Part shown: piece by piece, positions 19,628 to 29,951 of the stretch | Layout of the letters: each line of letters starts with the position of its first letter | How positions within the stretch are numbered: position 1 is the first letter of the stretch | Assembly (NCBI GenBank): GCA_965214775.1 | Contig: OZ243974.1 | Coordinates: forward strand, 896,001 to 960,000 | DNA from: Nitrosopumilus sp. | GTDB taxonomy: Archaea > Thermoproteota > Nitrososphaeria > Nitrososphaerales > Nitrosopumilaceae | Direction of reading: 5' to 3' | Length of the DNA: 64,000 nt | Position numbers and translations under genes: made by a program | Notes under the pieces: generated by a model | The model's input: only the letters and a program-made list of their open reading frames with translations | Databases searched by the model: none | What the model was told of the DNA's origin: nothing

Positions 19628-19980
19628 AACATCAGTCCTTTTTATACTGACAAGCCAACTTTTCTGGGCAGCATCTTATGATCAGATGCCCTTGCAGACA
19701 TGACTGAGCATCAGACATTTGTGATCAGTCATTGCAGGATTGGAATTTGCTGGGGTGATCCATTATCGGCATCTTGGTCAAAGAATTTCGATGGAAATCT
19801 TTTTTGATCTTGCCTGCTTGATGTAACACATGGACTCCAAATCTACGCCTGCACACAATATGGATCTTGCAAAAGCCATTGCCATGATTAAGGAGAAGGA
19901 CAAGGAGATCACCCTGCTGAAAAAGGAGAAGGACAAGCTTCAGGCAAGGCTTGCCATGTACGAGAGTCCCAACATGCCCA
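19624..19980 (+). mobile_element. Truncated left end of the IS66-family element
   Basis: Near-identical to 28463-28920 without the 28715 MITE. Encodes the transposase N-terminus MDSKSTPAHNMDLAKAIAMIKEKD and breaks off 7 bp before the serpin stop. Confidence 0.88.
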
Positions 19981-19987
19981 GCACAGA

Positions 19988-21250
19988 TCAGGTCTGGGGG
20001 CTGGGATCCGTAACCCTTCCCATGAACAGGATGGCGCCGCTCTCGTCATCCTGTATGATGAAGACGAACGGGCGGTCTGCGATAAAGGGCACCGGCGGCG
20101 GCGGTGCTGAAGTTGTTGTGACAACAACGGCAGTCACGGCCGCTGCCTCCGTCCCCTCCTCATTTATATCTACAAACGCCTTCTGTGCCGACTTGCTTAC
20201 GTACAGGTTTTCATCCGATACGTCTGCGATGCCCGAAAGATCGGCTTTCTCGGGATCAAACACGTCCGCCACTCCGAGCCTCGCCAAAGGATCTGTAAGA
20301 TCATAGTATGTCTCCATCCTGAACTTTGGCATCGACACCTCCACGTCCGTCTGCAGCATGTCTTTATTCCACTTCTGTATGAGCCCAGCAGAAAGCGTCT
20401 CCTGCAGCGGATCCATCCCGTCCCTGTCTGCCGGCAGTATTACCAGCATGGAGAGTCGATCACCCTTGTATGGAAGCCTGAGCATCTGCACGTCGTCCTG
20501 CTGCGTATAATCGAACATGCCCACCACGTTCATAAAGTCTGTCCTGACGCTCTGCGTGCCGTCCTTCCAGAACTCGGACTCGCGCGTGTTTTCCTCCGGA
20601 AACTGCGTCACCCACGTTCCCTTGAAGTATATAGCGTTTGTCAGGACAAGCGCGGTCAAACTATTTACATCCTCGGGCGTAAGTATCTTCTTTATCTTTT
20701 CGCGCGTCTTCTCAGACGCCCAGCTGTTTATCCTGTCCGTGCTGCCCTGCGAGTCTTTAAAGTCAACGCGCTCGATGTCGGCAAGGTATGTGCCGCGTAT
20801 GGTATTCACATACGAGTCATGCGGTGCAAGCCAGTCGGCAAGCCACATCGAGTTTGCCAGCTCCAGCGTGGCATATGGATCGTGTCTGGCAATAGAGGAC
20901 ATCGTGTGTGCAGTGGCGTTGTGGCGCGCCTGCTCGTCGGGTTCAAAGCCAAATGCCGCCTCTATCTGCCCTGCACTGTCGCCTCTTGCCCCCTCGTACA
21001 GCATGGAAAAGACCACGTATATGCTGGTAGGGGAGAAGAAGATGTTCTCGTCACTGTCTGCTGAGACCAGCTTATAAAAGTCGACTGCAAAGCCGTTGTT
21101 TGCAGACGCGATATCCTCTGGAATCGTAGCGGATCCTGGCTGTAGAGATGCAACTATGGAATGCGGTACCGTCGTTTCGGCGTACAAAAGGACGGATGCC
21201 GCAACCACAACGGCGGAGACTGCCGCTATGGCATAGAGGCGACTGTTCAC
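19988..21250 (-). CDS. Serpin (serine protease inhibitor) with N-terminal signal/anchor
   Basis: ENIFFSPTSI, NAIYFKGTW, MPKF, hinge/RCL EEGTEAAAVTAVVVTTTS, FIADRPFVFII..ILFMGRV. Confidence 0.95.
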   Translation of the reverse strand: MNSRLYAIAAVSAVVVAASVLLYAETTVPHSIVASLQPGSATIPEDIASANNGFAVDFYKLVSADSDENIFFSPTSIYVVFSMLYEGARGDSAGQIEAAFGFEPDEQARHNATAHTMSSIARHDPYATLELANSMWLADWLAPHDSYVNTIRGTYLADIERVDFKDSQGSTDRINSWASEKTREKIKKILTPEDVNSLTALVLTNAIYFKGTWVTQFPEENTRESEFWKDGTQSVRTDFMNVVGMFDYTQQDDVQMLRLPYKGDRLSMLVILPADRDGMDPLQETLSAGLIQKWNKDMLQTDVEVSMPKFRMETYYDLTDPLARLGVADVFDPEKADLSGIADVSDENLYVSKSAQKAFVDINEEGTEAAAVTAVVVTTTSAPPPPVPFIADRPFVFIIQDDESGAILFMGRVTDPSPQT

Positions 21251-24200
21251 GGAACGATCACCGCGTATGGCTCGCGATCATGGTTCTGCAAGTCCGATGC
21301 GGTCACCCAGAACACATACGTGCCTACTGCCGTGCCCGTCGTGTCAAGCGATATGGCTGCCGTGCCGTTGCCGTGATCCGTCACCGAAACGGAGCCTTCC
21401 GGCATGCTGTCCGGTATCATTCCTATTGTGATTGGGTCTCCTTCTGCATCAGAGGCACGTACTACAAGCGATAGTTGCTGTGATGTGACGGTCATCGGGC
21501 TGGATACAGCAGTACCGTTCTGCGAGAAGGCAAGCTCAAACTCCGGGCCGTCGTTCTCCTGTGCTGCTGTGTCACCTGTGCTCTGGCTGCCGCTTGTGGT
21601 CGTGCTCGACGCGGAGTATTGCGGACCGACCACCACTCCGCGTGGGTCGTCCATCCTGTTGCCGGACACAAAGACCGAGGCGGTGCCGGAGGATATGCTT
21701 ATGATGTTGTCGTCGTCCTTGTTTGCCACGTACAGCACGACGGCATCGTCCATGTCCATGCCGTACGGCTCGTCTATCAGCGATGTGATGGTAGTGATCA
21801 GCGATCCGCTTGTCGGGTTGATCTCGTTTACGCGCCCGGCATCATCGCCGCCCTGGTACAGGCTGGATCCGGTGCCGCCCATGGCTGCGCCGCACTCCAG
21901 TCCCGCGGCCCTGTACGTGTTGGGCGGGGACGAGCCGGTTCCAGATATCGCGCCCTGGTACGTGCCGTCAGAGGCCCGGTAGTAGAGTATCTTGTCAAGC
22001 GACCTGTCTGCTGCATACATCCGGCCGTCTGTGCAAAAGACCACGTCGTACGGGGACAGTAGCGCGGTGGCGCCCGAGCTTGCCGGGTTGCGCGATGCGT
22101 CGCCAAAGTATCCCAGCGACGAGCCGGACGACGAGAACCTCTCCACTCCCATGCTTGTGGCCACGTACAGCGTGTTGCCGTTCCACGTGAGGCCGTACGG
22201 GTATCCCGTAGTGGATGCCCACCCGGCGCTTGATCCGCTGATCGGGGCGCCTGTGGCGCCATTGTACTTGCGTATCTTGCTGTATGTGTTGTCTGATATA
22301 TACAGGTGGCCGTCAGGGCCAAAGGCCACGTCCCACGCCTTGCCAAGGCCTCCCGCCCTGCCCTCCACAAAGTCGCCGAGATACGTCCCGCTCTCCGAGA
22401 AGACCAATACCTCGCGGTCATCAGTATCTGCGACGTATATCGAATGGCCTGATGTGGGTGATGAACCCGAGTCGCTTATGGATATGTTGTCTATCATTGT
22501 TATCTCAGATGAGCTGGAGCTGCGCGCAGTTATGCGCACCTGCATCTCGGAGACCAGGTGTCCGGAGGACAGGTCGTATGACTCTGTATGCCACGTGCTG
22601 TCGTCGTCGCCGGAGGAGGCCTGCCAGTCAAACGCGGTGGTCCATGCAGAGCCGTCGTGCAGCTCCACCCTGAGGTACTCGCCGCCGTCAAGTGACGATG
22701 ATACGAACCTGTCAAGCGTCAGGTGTCCTGTCTGCCGCGACGACAGGTCTACCGGCGACAGCGTGATGGTACAAAGCGTGTCGCAGTTGCTCGAGTATGC
22801 GACGGTGTTGCCCGTCTGGCTGCCCGGCAGCGGCGTGGTGGGCGAGCGCGTGATCCAGTCCGAGTCGCCGCCCTGGGTCCAGCCGTCCAGTCCTGACTCA
22901 AAATCCTCTGATATCGTGGCGGGTCGCGACGGAGGCTGGACAGTCGAGCCGTCGGATGCGGCACTTATTGTTATGTCGTCAAGCTGCACGTCCTCGCTTG
23001 AGGAGCTCTGCTGCGTGACCAGCCTGATCTTAAAGTCGTCTGCCTCAAGATATGACGCAAGGTCGTACGATTCCTGGTGCCACATGTTGTCGTCGCCCCC
23101 GAGGTTGTGCGACCAGTGGTATATGGTGCTCCATGTCGAGCCGTCGTATGCCTCCACCTTGAGGTACTCGTCACGGTCAAGCCCATAGTCTATGAACCGC
23201 CAGAACCCGAGGGTGGCAGAGTCATAGTCGGTAAGATCAAGGGAGGTGGTAAGCGTAAGCGTGCACATGTTGTCGCAGTTGTCAGAGTGCAGAACCTTGT
23301 TCTCACTGTCACGGCCGGGCAGCGTCGGCGCGCTGTGCGATTGGGACGTGGAGATGGTCCAGTCGCCGTCGCCCGTCTCGGTCCAGTGCGTGGTAAGATC
23401 AGAGGATTCAAAGTCGTCCAAGAACAGGACGGTCTCTGTTGCTGCGGGAGGCTCCGGCGTCGCCGTATCCGCTGGGGCGGCATACTCCATCTCGAGGCTC
23501 CAGTCGTTGAGGATCCCGATGTCTCCGCCTGCATAGTCACCCACCGAGAGAGTCCAGTTGCCTGCAATGGCAGAGCCCGTCATGGATCGGAGTCCTGTGT
23601 GCGAGGACGAGTAGTAGGTGCTGGATATGTTGTCTGTGCTGCCGCCTGTCCTGCCGTGCAGTGTGGCCTGCGTTCCGTCAGGCGAGTTGAGCTCCACCCT
23701 GAGGTCCCCGATGTACGTGTGGGTTATGCTGACTGACACCGTCAGGGAACTCGAGGTTCCGTTTACCGGAACGTATATGGTGCTTGCCGCATCCTGGCTG
23801 CCCGTGTTGTCTGGTATGGTGAGGCCCGACTCTGCCGTGGAGCGGTACGTGGCGCTTGCCGGACACGAGGCGGTACCGCTTGCGCCAGACGCCCCGCCGG
23901 AGCACGAGCTTGGAACGTACCCCACAAACATGCGCACGTCGTTGTAATTGAAAAGAAATTGCCTAAAGTCATAAATCAGCGACTCCGCCTGGTTTCTCTG
24001 GCGGCTTGCCTCGTGCGCGGCTTCCTCGTCAACGCCGTCAGCAGAAAGTGTGGCAGATCGGATGGAGATCGGCGTGGCAAGCTCCATCATCCGGCTGCCG
24101 CTTGGAGGTATTGCTACCGTGTACGTGGTGCCGGATGTGGTGACGAGCTTCAGGTCGACTCCCTCCATGTTGACGGAGCCTACGTATATGGCAGATACCG

Positions 24201-26604
24201 TATATCCCGGGCCTGAGAACGTCTGAGAATAGTCTGCGTGGGCAAAGCCCGAGGTGACCTCAAGCGTGTCCCAGTCCCTTATGTTATCAGAGCTTGGAGA
24301 GACGTTGGCAGAGCCCGGAGGAAGCGACTCGGCCCGGAGCGTCACGGTGGCAGGCGTGCCGGTTTGCTGGCCGTCGTGCGGCGTTATCTGAAACGTGTCC
24401 GTGCCGGTAAAGTTGCTGTTCGGCGTGTACACCGCGCGCGACGTGGTCTTTGTTATGAACTCGTCCGTCGTGATTACTCCCTTTGTAGGATCCCTTGATA
24501 CGTGAAACGACACCGCATCGCCGTCCGCATCAGACGCAGACAGCCTCACCACCTTCTCCATGCCGGGGCTGACTATGTGCTCTGAGGGGCTGGCGACCGG
24601 CTGGGTGTTTGAGGAGGAAGGCAGGAAGCTGAGCTGACGCGTGCTTGCAAGTGCAAAGTTCTGGACGGGCTTGTTCAGACTGTCCAGCCCGGAGCCCGTG
24701 ACGGTTATTGTATATGTTCCCGTCCTGCCTGGCGTGAACACCGCAAACTCGTTTGTCTGGTGCGATGATTCTGCGCGTATCGTGCTTCCGTCGGGTGCGG
24801 CTATCGTAAAGTCAAGGTTTGCAATGTTGGCTGGAAATATTCCAGCTGTCTGGGCTGCGAGGCTTCCGCGGTCTACTTGCTCTGCTATGCCGCCGTGTGG
24901 CTGCACCAGCCATGTAAGTATCACCTTTACGGGATCCGAGGTATCGGAGACGACGAACCTGTACTGCCTGGATGTTGTGCCGGTGTCAAGATAATCGGAT
25001 ATCACATAGTTTGAGGAGGTGTGGACGTAGCCGAGTGACTTGGATACGTCCAGTATGCCAAATCCCACATTGTTGAGGATTCCAAGCGATGCGGCACTGT
25101 TTGCCTCGTTATGATCTCTTGGCTGCATTAAGTGTGAGCAGTTGCCAGTTCCGTTGCTCTGCTCGTACTGCGACGAGTTGCAGGGAATTGGCCCCTGCCA
25201 GTTTGCCCCCAAAAGGAGGGCGGCCTTGACCTCTGCAGGGGTCAGCTCTGGTCTTGCCTCCAGCAGGATTGCAGATGCGGCACTCACTTGCGGTGCGGCA
25301 TAGCTTGTCCCGCTTGCCATAACAGTCTGATTGCCTGTGTGATATCTTGCTATAACGTTTATGTCTGTTGCCGGAGCTACGATCTCTGGCTTTAGCCTGT
25401 TGTCTGGTGCAGGCCCTCTGCTTGAGTGGTTATACATTGTTATGGTGTTAGGAGTACGATCGTCTATTCCTCCTACGGTGATCGTGTTATGAGTGCATCC
25501 TGGAGCTCTAAGAGAATGATAGTTAGCTTCTGATGCGTTGATAACTCTAATAGTTCCTTCGTTTCCTGCTCCAGATACTACAACCATGCCCTTGTCTACT
25601 GCCTCGTTGGTGATCAAGGCAAATGTGTTGTGGCGGTCATTGGAACATGGCAGCCCTGCGCTAATATTTGCAACATCTGCACCACGGGTAAGTGACCAGT
25701 CAAGTGCATGAGCCACGTATGAATGAAAGGAATTTGCGATGTGTTGAGTCTGATTACCAAATGAATACTGGGCATCAAGCAGGCTTACACCCGGTGCTAT
25801 GCCATTATGTGCCGGCATCCCGGAGGCAGCAAGCACGCCTGCTACCTGTGTTCCATGTGTGGAACTTACACTCTCATGAGTTATGTCAGATGGCTGTTGC
25901 CCCCTACAAGCATCAGAAACACCACAATACGCCCTGTCTACTATCTTGCTATTTAGCGACGTATGATTCAGTCCGGTATCGACTACTGCCACGGTGACTC
26001 CGGTTCCGTCAAACACTCTGCCTGCTGCAAGTCTCAAGTCAAGTGGCGTTGCATTGATGGTCTCCCTTGCGGTATCTACGGCAAGCGTGACTTTTTGCTC
26101 ACCATCGCCAATCTTATACACGTCATCATCTAGCGCAAAGCCCGGTATGTCGGCTACGGGGATCGACGCGGTGACAAACGAGAGTGACTCTGCCGCAACG
26201 ATGTCTCGTGCGCCAACAGCCTTGAGCCTCTTTACTACTGCCTCTTTGTTTTCGCTGGCGGTCTCATCGCCATCACGGCCGTCCCCGTCGTCCCTGCTAA
26301 CCACCATTACGACGTTATAGTAGCGCTCCCCGTCATACACGCCAAAGTCGCCTTCCTGCGGATCCTCTAGGATCAGATCCTGAATCCTTGAGTAAAAACC
26401 TTCATCGAACTTGTATTGGTGGCCATCGACGTTTGCAACCGGCCCAGGCGCCGTGGCATTTCCGGGCAGGATGTCGCCAGGTATGCTGCCGGAATGCGCC
26501 GAGTCCGCATCGTCTTGCGCGGTCTGAGACATTGATACTGCCGGAGGAACAAGGAGAACCGCTGAGAATAATGCCAAGAGAAGAATCACCGTTCTGATAA
26601 TCAC
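21247..26604 (-). CDS. Secreted multidomain S8 subtilase (PPC, Ig/cadherin-like, P-proprotein, two MAM-like, NHL-like propeller)
   Basis: Signal peptide; triad VAVVDTG / STHGTQVAG / SGTSYAAP, oxyanion GAGNEG; P-domain HTYIGDL..GNWTLSV.D..GD.G.L..WSL; IYVADT..DVAFGPDG repeats. Confidence 0.92.
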   Translation of the reverse strand: MIIRTVILLLALFSAVLLVPPAVSMSQTAQDDADSAHSGSIPGDILPGNATAPGPVANVDGHQYKFDEGFYSRIQDLILEDPQEGDFGVYDGERYYNVVMVVSRDDGDGRDGDETASENKEAVVKRLKAVGARDIVAAESLSFVTASIPVADIPGFALDDDVYKIGDGEQKVTLAVDTARETINATPLDLRLAAGRVFDGTGVTVAVVDTGLNHTSLNSKIVDRAYCGVSDACRGQQPSDITHESVSSTHGTQVAGVLAASGMPAHNGIAPGVSLLDAQYSFGNQTQHIANSFHSYVAHALDWSLTRGADVANISAGLPCSNDRHNTFALITNEAVDKGMVVVSGAGNEGTIRVINASEANYHSLRAPGCTHNTITVGGIDDRTPNTITMYNHSSRGPAPDNRLKPEIVAPATDINVIARYHTGNQTVMASGTSYAAPQVSAASAILLEARPELTPAEVKAALLLGANWQGPIPCNSSQYEQSNGTGNCSHLMQPRDHNEANSAASLGILNNVGFGILDVSKSLGYVHTSSNYVISDYLDTGTTSRQYRFVVSDTSDPVKVILTWLVQPHGGIAEQVDRGSLAAQTAGIFPANIANLDFTIAAPDGSTIRAESSHQTNEFAVFTPGRTGTYTITVTGSGLDSLNKPVQNFALASTRQLSFLPSSSNTQPVASPSEHIVSPGMEKVVRLSASDADGDAVSFHVSRDPTKGVITTDEFITKTTSRAVYTPNSNFTGTDTFQITPHDGQQTGTPATVTLRAESLPPGSANVSPSSDNIRDWDTLEVTSGFAHADYSQTFSGPGYTVSAIYVGSVNMEGVDLKLVTTSGTTYTVAIPPSGSRMMELATPISIRSATLSADGVDEEAAHEASRQRNQAESLIYDFRQFLFNYNDVRMFVGYVPSSCSGGASGASGTASCPASATYRSTAESGLTIPDNTGSQDAASTIYVPVNGTSSSLTVSVSITHTYIGDLRVELNSPDGTQATLHGRTGGSTDNISSTYYSSSHTGLRSMTGSAIAGNWTLSVGDYAGGDIGILNDWSLEMEYAAPADTATPEPPAATETVLFLDDFESSDLTTHWTETGDGDWTISTSQSHSAPTLPGRDSENKVLHSDNCDNMCTLTLTTSLDLTDYDSATLGFWRFIDYGLDRDEYLKVEAYDGSTWSTIYHWSHNLGGDDNMWHQESYDLASYLEADDFKIRLVTQQSSSSEDVQLDDITISAASDGSTVQPPSRPATISEDFESGLDGWTQGGDSDWITRSPTTPLPGSQTGNTVAYSSNCDTLCTITLSPVDLSSRQTGHLTLDRFVSSSLDGGEYLRVELHDGSAWTTAFDWQASSGDDDSTWHTESYDLSSGHLVSEMQVRITARSSSSSEITMIDNISISDSGSSPTSGHSIYVADTDDREVLVFSESGTYLGDFVEGRAGGLGKAWDVAFGPDGHLYISDNTYSKIRKYNGATGAPISGSSAGWASTTGYPYGLTWNGNTLYVATSMGVERFSSSGSSLGYFGDASRNPASSGATALLSPYDVVFCTDGRMYAADRSLDKILYYRASDGTYQGAISGTGSSPPNTYRAAGLECGAAMGGTGSSLYQGGDDAGRVNEINPTSGSLITTITSLIDEPYGMDMDDAVVLYVANKDDDNIISISSGTASVFVSGNRMDDPRGVVVGPQYSASSTTTSGSQSTGDTAAQENDGPEFELAFSQNGTAVSSPMTVTSQQLSLVVRASDAEGDPITIGMIPDSMPEGSVSVTDHGNGTAAISLDTTGTAVGTYVFWVTASDLQNHDREPYAVIVP

Positions 26605-26663
26605 AATATTCTTGTGGGATCTTTAATTCATTTAATACTTACGATCCGGATTAACGATTGTTT

Positions 26664-26747
26664 CATATGAAAATTAGTTCCGCCCCTCATTAGTATCCTT
26701 CTCCATCCATTTTGGGTTGCTTTTCCTGATCGCATCTGCGGCCTTCC
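26664..26747 (-). mobile_element. Inverted 3'-end fragment of an IS481-like element
   Basis: Reverse complement matches about 28370-28450 (GCGATCAGGAAAAGCAACCCAA.ATGGATGGAG..AATTTTCATAT). Confidence 0.8.
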
Positions 26748-26780
26748 AAGCCATCCCCGGGGTATTGTAGAGGATAATTG

Positions 26781-27385
26781 GTAACCATATGTGTCTCAAA
26801 AACAAAATTCAGATGGTACCAAGATAAATTGCAATGCAAACAAACAGATCAGCGCAAAAAAGAGGATACGTGTGAAATCAAAGGCGGTGCAACAGCAGCA
26901 ACAACAGTATGTCGGCCTGAATGTGCACAAGAAGTCCATCCAGGTTGCAGTGATGAACAAGAACCGGAGGATCCTGAGGAACACAAAGATAAGCAACAAG
27001 GAAAGCGAGATAAAGAAGATGTTTGCAAAGAAGAGGGGAAGGTCCAAGACCGCAGTGGCCGCAGCATCCAAGCTGCTGCGTATATCATACTGGATGCTAA
27101 AGAAGGAGATGACCTTCAAGCAGTGCATAGGAGATATGTATGTGAAATGAACGTCATCATTATTACAGTTAGAACTTTAATCTGCGTTGATGTAGTTGAG
27201 GGAGATCCTCGTATAGTAACTGCAGAACGGTTCTTACAAATGGATGAAGAATGCTACTGAGGGAGATCCTCGTATAGATAAGTGTCCGACCTTCATTTTG
27301 GAATTGCCAGGAAAGACCCCCAGCCAAAGCCATGCCTCACAACACTGTTACGCGTGGAATCCTTATAAACACGACACATAGATAC
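26781..27385 (+). mobile_element. Internally deleted IS110-family element, copy 2
   Basis: YVGLNVHKKSIQVAV fused in frame to the IS110 C-terminus KRGRSKTAVAAASKLLRISYWML. Same ends as copy 1 but a different deletion. Confidence 0.82.
27171..27300 (+). ncRNA. Putative IS110 bridge-RNA-like ncRNA, copy 2
   Basis: 130 nt, nearly identical to 19412-19541. GAGGGAGATCCTC at 27198 and 27259. Confidence 0.5.
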
Positions 27386-27395
27386 AACATTCTAT

Positions 27396-28450
27396 TGTAC
27401 GAAAATTAGGTCGCACTAATTTGAGGAGGATTGCAAAGGATTACTTTAGGCTTTACCGATCAAGAAAACCGATGGTTGTAAGGCTCGAGGCAAAGCAGAT
27501 CAGATACGCAGTGACGCAATGTGCAGGGGGACGAAAGCCCTCGGAGGTGGCCCCGGAGATAGGCGTCACGACAAGGCACGTCCAGCGGATGTATGCCCGG
27601 TTCAGGAAGACAGGCGACACGCACCACGTGCCGCTCAAGCCGGGAAGGAAAAAGAGCGCCCCGGTTCCCGACGGGGACGTGCGCGCAGTCCTGGAGGAGT
27701 ACAAACACAGTGCAGCAGGGGTGGTTCATACGGCCAAGAGGCTGCGAAGGCAACTCGATATAAGCTACTACGAGGTATACAGGATAATGAAAGAAAACGG
27801 GCTGGTGACGCCATCGGCTGCAAAATCAATGCCCAGAAAATACGTCCGCTTTGAGCGCAAATACTCCAATGCCATGTGGCACGTGGACTGGCATACCATG
27901 AAGGATCCGCGCTTTGCAGGGCTCAATTTGGTCACGTTCCTAGACGACTCGTCCAGGTGCGTGACTGGTGCGGGCCTGTTCAGGGAGGCCACCTCAGAAA
28001 ACGTCGTGGCGGTCCTGCGGCAGGCCGTGGCCCAGTTCGGCGCGCCTGCCACCATACTCTCAGACAACGGCAAGTGCTTTGTCGGGGCGCGCTCGGATCC
28101 GAAGAAGAAGAAGAGTCCGCCCAAGGGCGGATGGAGGCCCACTGCCTTTGAGGAGGAGCTGCTCAACTGCGAAATCGGGCTGATAAACTCCAGGCCGTAT
28201 CACCCGCAGACCAATGGCAAACTGGAGAGATTCCACAGGAGCATCGAGGAGGAGATATGGAACCACAAGAGTCTGTCTGCATACATCGACTACTATAACG
28301 AGGACAGGCTGCACTGGTCGCTTGACATCGACAACTACGAGACGCCGCTGCGGGCATTCTCCGACAGGGAGGCCACAGAAGCGATCAGGAAAAGCAACCC
28401 AAGATGGATGGAGGAGGACATTGGTGATGGTGCGACATAATTTTCATATA
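27396..28450 (+). mobile_element. IS481-family element with intact transposase (CDS about 27472-28440)
   Basis: TIR TGTACGAAAATTAGGTCGCAC / GTGCGACATAATTTTCATATA; DDE WHVDWH, ILSDNG, PQTNGKLERF. Confidence 0.9.
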
Positions 28451-28714
28451 ATACACACATAGATACAACATCAGGTCCTTTTTATACTGACAAGCCAACT
28501 TTTCTGGGCAGCATCTTATGATCAGATGCCCTTGCAGACATGACTGAGCATCAGACATTTGTGACCAGTCATTGCAGGATTGGAATTTGCTGGGGTGATC
28601 CATTATCGGCATCTTGGTCAAAGAATTTCGATGGAAATCTTTTTTGATCTTGCCTGTCTGATGTAACACATGGACTCCAAATCTACGCCTGCACACAATA
28701 TGGATCTTGCAAAA

Positions 28715-28807
28715 GTATGTGGTCACGTCCCCTTACTGGCTAGGCGTGGAAATCATAATTGTGTATACTAATTCGTGCCTGATTGGTGGGGATAGGTGAC
28801 CACATAC
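28715..28807. mobile_element. MITE family J (93 bp, IS66-type)
   Basis: TIR GTATGTGGTCAC...GTGACCACATAC with 8-bp TSD TTGCAAAA. The empty site is visible at 19861-19880. Confidence 0.93.
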
Positions 28808-29828
28808 TTGCAAAAGCCATTGCCATGATTAAGGAGAAGGACAAGGAGATCACCCTGCTGAAAAAGGAGAAGGACAAGCTTCAGGCAAGGCTTGCCATGT
28901 ACGAGAGTCCCAACATGCCCATGTCCACGCCGTCATTATACAACAATGCCAGAAGAAAGTTCAGGGAGAAAAGGGGCGAGGATCCCGGCAGCAGTCCCGG
29001 CGATGCTGCTCGGGGCAAGAAACGCGGCCCTCCGTGCGGACACCATGGTACATCGCACGGCAACCGGCCATCCATGACATTAAGGTACGATCTTGGCTCC
29101 AAAATATGCCCAAAGTGCAACATCCAGCTACGGATGCTCAAACCGATCCACAAGCTTGTAAACGACCTGGATGACTCCATGCGCATGCTCACTGCCAATA
29201 CCATCATCCAAAACGCGATGTGTCCACAGTGCAATACCGTGCATGTCGCAGCGACCCCGTTTCTAAGCGGCACGTCACTTGGGCCCGTCTCGCTTTCTCT
29301 AATCATGATGTTCTTTGAGAAGGGAAACACAAACGAGGACATTGCAGAGTACTTTCAGTATATGTTTGGATTCAAGATGGTCCCAAATGCCGTGACTGCC
29401 GCCCGGCACGCAGTGGCAGAGGCGATTCAACAAAACATGATACAACGCATACAATCATTCATTGCGGGCAGGCCGTGGATACAGGTGGACGAGACCGGAT
29501 TTAAGCGCGGCGACGGACACATGGGATACGTCTGGGTGCTCAACTGTGAGGGGGCGTGCTTTGTGGTCTTTGCAGATTCCCGGTCCTCCGAGGTACTGCG
29601 CACGCACTTTGGATGGCTGGATCCCAAGACTCCCATAGTCGTAGACGGGCTGGCCCAGTACAAGCTGTTCTTTGTGACAATCCAGAGGTGCTGGAGGCAC
29701 CTTCTGGCATATGCAGAAAAGCTTGCAGTAAAGATGCCCGAAGGCGATAACGAGAAAAGGTATGACTTGCTGCTGGAATTCTACAGGAAGATAGATAAAA
29801 TCAAGACGCTTGCGCCGCTTACATACAT

Positions 29829-29951
29829 CAGTACTTCCTAGGTGTGCTTTTGCAGACCCGGCACGGCATAGCCGCTAATTTTGTTTACGCGTAAGGTCTT
29901 CTACAAATTACGTGATTACCGTGCCTGTAAAAATACACCTAGGAAGTACTG
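29829..29951. mobile_element. MITE family I (123 bp, ISH3-like ends)
   Basis: TIR CAGTACTTCCTAGGTGT...ACACCTAGGAAGTACTG with 4-bp TSD ACAT. Confidence 0.92.

Noticed and set aside
19830-20306. Transposase-serpin antisense fusion protein
   Set aside because: A truncated IS66 N-terminus reads into the serpin antisense strand by chance.
21404-24994. Many long plus-strand ORFs
   Set aside because: Antisense shadows of the GC-rich subtilase gene, with no recognisable motifs.
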